A stretch of DNA of 64,000 bases from an uncultured Acidobacteriota bacterium. GTDB lineage: Bacteria; Acidobacteriota; Thermoanaerobaculia; Gp7-AA8. Of the stretch, positions 60,908 to 64,000 are shown one piece after another. A model generated the notes under the pieces. That model saw nothing but the letters and a program-made list of their open reading frames with translations. It was not told the origin of the DNA and did not search any database. Both the position numbers and the translations under genes were made by a program. Within the stretch, counting starts at the first letter, position 1. The number at the start of each line of letters is the position of its first letter. Location of the stretch: positions 1,056,001-1,120,000 of the forward strand of contig CAVUKB010000007.1 in NCBI GenBank assembly GCA_963741955.1, in the 5' to 3' direction.

Positions 60908-61597
60908 ATGAGTCTCGGCGGGTCGGCCGGTCGCGTCGCTTCCCGCTTCGAAGGACAGTGGATCAGGCACTACGTCCATCAAAAGCTCCGGTTCGATCCG
61001 GTCTATCCCGCGGCGCTCGAGGCACTGCGGTCCGTCCCCTTTCCTCTCCGGGACATTGGATGCGGCCTCGGGATCCTCGGGTTGTACCTCCGCGAGAACG
61101 GGTTCGCGGAACCGGTGAGCGGGATCGATTTCGACGAACGGAAGATCGCCATCGCGAAGGCGGTGACGCACCCGGACGAAGGCTTGCGGTTCGAGATTCG
61201 CGACGCACGCGAGAGGGACGGGTTTCGCGGCAGTCATGCACTGCTCGACGTGTTGCATTACTTCCCCACGGCCGAGCAGCAGCGGATCCTGCACTCGGTG
61301 GCGGAGTCGACGCCTCCGGGTGCGGTGGTGGTGATCCGCGACTGCATCCGCGACGGGAGTCTGCGGTATCGTCTCACCTGGCTTCAGGAGAGCTTCTCGC
61401 GCGCGATCCGTTGGCTGCGGAGCGAGGGGCTGAATTTTCCGTCGCGGGAGCTGCTTCTTTCCGCGTTCCCTGCGGCGGAGTTCGAGCATCGCGTCGAGCC
61501 GATGTGGGGACGTACGCCGTTCAACAACTACCTGTTCGTGTTCCGGCGGCGCGAGATGGCGGATTCCGATTCGCTGCAGGCGAGCACGGATTCGTGA
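60908..61597 (+). CDS. Class I SAM-dependent methyltransferase
   Basis: DIGCGLG, GIDFD, LLDVLHY, WGRTPFNNYL. Confidence 0.85.
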   Translation: MSLGGSAGRVASRFEGQWIRHYVHQKLRFDPVYPAALEALRSVPFPLRDIGCGLGILGLYLRENGFAEPVSGIDFDERKIAIAKAVTHPDEGLRFEIRDARERDGFRGSHALLDVLHYFPTAEQQRILHSVAESTPPGAVVVIRDCIRDGSLRYRLTWLQESFSRAIRWLRSEGLNFPSRELLLSAFPAAEFEHRVEPMWGRTPFNNYLFVFRRREMADSDSLQASTDS

Positions 61598-61758
61598 GCG
61601 TGGCGGAGATCGGGTCGCCGATCGAAGCGCGGTGTCGATGTGTGACGGACGCGGTGCGTGCGGCGGAGACCGGGTTGGAATCCGGACGGACGATCGAGGG
61701 TCGGTGATTTCGTTCTGAACGAGCGGGCTATGGCGATATATTATTCGCGTCTACGTAC

Positions 61759-61779
61759 GATAATGAGAATAATATTCTC
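61759..61779. promoter_or_regulatory. Fur-box-like AT-rich palindrome
   Basis: GATAATGAGAATAATATTC matches GATAATGATAATCATTATC at 15/19. It overlaps the palindrome GAGAATA-A-TATTCTC. Confidence 0.5.
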
Positions 61780-61809
61780 CGTTTCCCTATGTGTGCAGAA
61801 CAAATGCGA

Positions 61810-62601
61810 TCACGACGGAAGGAACGTCTCACGCTCGGGAATGATGAAACGGTAGCCGCGGGCGAGCGCGCGGATCACGACCTCCTCCACACATTCGACG
61901 CTGAGAAGCCGTCCGTCGCGCGCATGACGGCCCTGGTGGAGCAGGATGATGGCCCCGGGACGAAGCTCGCGCTCGATGCGGGTCGCGACGGTTGCGGGAT
62001 CGGGACGCGAGATTCCGTCGTATCCGCGCGCGCTCCAGCCGACGAGGTCCATGCCGAGGCGATGGAGGAGGGGATGGACGAAGGGATTCTTCATTCCGAC
62101 CGGAGCACGGAACAGAGACGGAGGGACGCCGGTGATCCCGGCCAGGGTGCGATTCGCCTCCTCGATCTCCCGCCGCATTGCGCCGGAGCCGAGACACCAG
62201 AACGATCCGGCGGGGTGAGTGAGTGAGTGGTTTCCGATGGTGTGGCCATTCTCCAGAATTCGCCCTACGAGCTCCGGATGACGCGCCGCCTTCGTCCCGA
62301 TCACGAAAAATGTTGCCTTGACCCCTCGTTCATTCAGCAGGTGGAGCATCGCATCCGTGTCGCCGGGGTCGGGGCCGTCGTCGATGGTGAGCCACAACTC
62401 GCGATCCGTGGTGCGGAAGGAAGTCACCACCCGGCCCAGCCATTGGGAGCGCGCACGGAGCGTGGGGTAGAGAACCAGTGCATGAGACGCAGCGAGCACG
62501 CCGATGGCCATCGGAACGGACGACGACCAGAGCGCGATCATCGCGAGAGGCGCGAGCGCCGCGAATCCGAGAATCAGAGGGCGGACGTATCGAACTCGCA
62601 T
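61810..62601 (-). CDS. Polysaccharide deacetylase (NodB/CE4)
   Basis: LTIDDGP, ATFFVIG, GNHSLTH, FRAPVG, IILLH. Confidence 0.9.
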   Translation of the reverse strand: MRVRYVRPLILGFAALAPLAMIALWSSSVPMAIGVLAASHALVLYPTLRARSQWLGRVVTSFRTTDRELWLTIDDGPDPGDTDAMLHLLNERGVKATFFVIGTKAARHPELVGRILENGHTIGNHSLTHPAGSFWCLGSGAMRREIEEANRTLAGITGVPPSLFRAPVGMKNPFVHPLLHRLGMDLVGWSARGYDGISRPDPATVATRIERELRPGAIILLHQGRHARDGRLLSVECVEEVVIRALARGYRFIIPERETFLPS

Positions 62602-63152
62602 CGTTTCTCCAGTGCGTCGACCGATCGGCGGATGAGCCACATCACCATCGCCGCGGAAATGTCGAGGATCCAGAGGCCGATCCAGACGTATCCAGCCCAG
62701 CGCGTTCGAAGCCGGAGTGTGACGGCGGCGATCGCGGCAGCAAGCGCGACGAGATGGAAGATCCTTTCCTGAATCTCGAATCCGTGCCTGCGCGGCTTCC
62801 ATCCGGCGCGGCGCAGCAGCCAGGCGCCTCCTCCGATGACGAGGAGGAGAACGTTGAAGCAAACCAGTGCGAGAACCAGAGCGGCGAGGAGGAAGAGCGC
62901 CTGCGTGATCAACGGTTGCCCGGCCGAAGTGAGCCATCCCCATGAGAGGATCGCGAACAGCAGGTACATCGCACTCCCGGTGGTCCAGGCTTCGACCGGA
63001 TTCTGATTCCGGTCGGAGGCGAGCCACGAGGGCCGCGGCGGTGGGCCCGGGGTTCCGAATCGAAGGAGAAGAAATCCCGCCAGCCGGAAGATCGCGAGAC
63101 GCGAGCGCGACGGGGCGAACAGCAGCGGGTGAAAGGAGCCTGACCCGGTCAT
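62574..63152 (-). CDS. Hypothetical multi-TM membrane protein
   Basis: Four hydrophobic segments. Overlaps both neighbours in the operon. Confidence 0.6.
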   Translation of the reverse strand: MTGSGSFHPLLFAPSRSRLAIFRLAGFLLLRFGTPGPPPRPSWLASDRNQNPVEAWTTGSAMYLLFAILSWGWLTSAGQPLITQALFLLAALVLALVCFNVLLLVIGGGAWLLRRAGWKPRRHGFEIQERIFHLVALAAAIAAVTLRLRTRWAGYVWIGLWILDISAAMVMWLIRRSVDALEKRCEFDTSAL

Positions 63153-64000
63153 CGCTCTTCGTCCACTCCGAAATGTTCGAACGTGAACCACTGGCTCCAG
63201 TGTCGTCGAATGGTGCGCTCGAGAGCCGTAGTCCAGATGGATGTGGCTTCCCGAAGATCACGGTCGCGGTCGCGGCCCGCGCGCCGGCACTCGATCGGTT
63301 CGAGTGCGACGAGGCGGTAGCGGCGGCGTCCCGCACGGGTGATGAAGAGCGGGTAGATCCGCGTGCGCGTCGCCATGGCGAGTGCGAATGGTCCGCTGGG
63401 GAGCTTCACCCGGAGGCCGAACATTTCCGTCTCGAACGACGACACTCCGGGGATGGCGCGATCGCCCTGTATCGCGACGATCTCGCCTCCGCGGATCGCC
63501 TCGAGCAGATCGAGTGCGACCATCCGGGAATCGGTGCTGTAGTGGATGCGGAAACCTTCGCTCACCGCTTTCGCCCTCTTGCGCGACGAGAAGGCTTCGC
63601 TCTCGGGATCCGTTTCGGGCGCCCGCACGATGCTTATGGTCCGTTCGGTCCGTTCGGCGAAGAGGTAGGAGCCGAGATCGTAGTTGCCCATGTGCGCGGT
63701 GAGCAGAACGCTCCCGGAGGGATTGGACACCAGATCGCGGAAATGTTCGAGTCCTTCGAACTCCCAGTCCATGGAAAGGCGTTGGAGGTTGAAACGCGCC
63801 GTGTCGGTGAACGTCCAGGCGAAATTCCAGAAGACGCGCCAGGCGCGGCCGAGGTTCACCACCGCGGATGACTCCGGAAAGATCGCGCCGAGATTTCGAG
63901 CCACGGCGCGGCGCCCCGGTCCCCAGAACAGAAAGAAGAAGGTCGTATAGGCGGCCATGACGATCGGTTCGACGAAGGTCGGGACGTTCTCCACCGCCCA
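63149..64000 (-). CDS. Lysophospholipid/LpxL-like acyltransferase (5' end outside the window)
   Basis: LLTAHMGNYD (HxxxxD/E-type), IQGDR, GPFALA, QWFTF. Confidence 0.85.
   Translation of the reverse strand, partial: WAVENVPTFVEPIVMAAYTTFFFLFWGPGRRAVARNLGAIFPESSAVVNLGRAWRVFWNFAWTFTDTARFNLQRLSMDWEFEGLEHFRDLVSNPSGSVLLTAHMGNYDLGSYLFAERTERTISIVRAPETDPESEAFSSRKRAKAVSEGFRIHYSTDSRMVALDLLEAIRGGEIVAIQGDRAIPGVSSFETEMFGLRVKLPSGPFALAMATRTRIYPLFITRAGRRRYRLVALEPIECRRAGRDRDRDLREATSIWTTALERTIRRHWSQWFTFEHFGVDEER

Noticed and set aside
1-64000. tRNA, rRNA, integrase, phage or defence genes
   Set aside because: None recognised by eye.

Overview
High-GC bacterial DNA. The gene style (giant PKD surface proteins with repeated C-terminal modules, IPTL-CTERM, GTGG-type REP arrays) suggests Acidobacteriota/Thermoanaerobaculia; this is an inference. 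The left part has two paralogous ~1500-aa PKD surface-protein genes around an orphan wzt. The second gene is split by two independent, oppositely oriented insertions of one 1584-bp ISL3, each with its own 8-bp target-site duplication (TSD). Between two related REP/BIME-like tandem arrays (14.2-15.6 kb and 53.2-54.8 kb) lies a ~35-kb stress/energy cluster: ice-binding protein, GAF-PAS-GAF kinase with NarL-type regulator, cyclic beta-1,2-glucan synthase, zwf, ackA, phosphoketolase, P3A H+-ATPase, BON-LysM protein, dodecin, PAS hybrid kinase and small membrane proteins. The strongest unexplained signal is a promoter architecture found intact six times, plus one variant, in this cluster. It reads GTAGTT(T/G/C)CTAC, then 33-34 nt later GTAGWWAGTGCGC, directly followed by TTCnnn-N17-(-10). 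A third ISL3 copy inserted inside the distal box of the ice-binding gene promoter. The right part has folE, a Rieske-FAD reductase, carbonic anhydrase, a glycosyl/methyl/acetyltransferase operon, an orphan Fur-box-like site and an acyltransferase/deacetylase operon. All alignments and counts were done by eye; no database searches were run.
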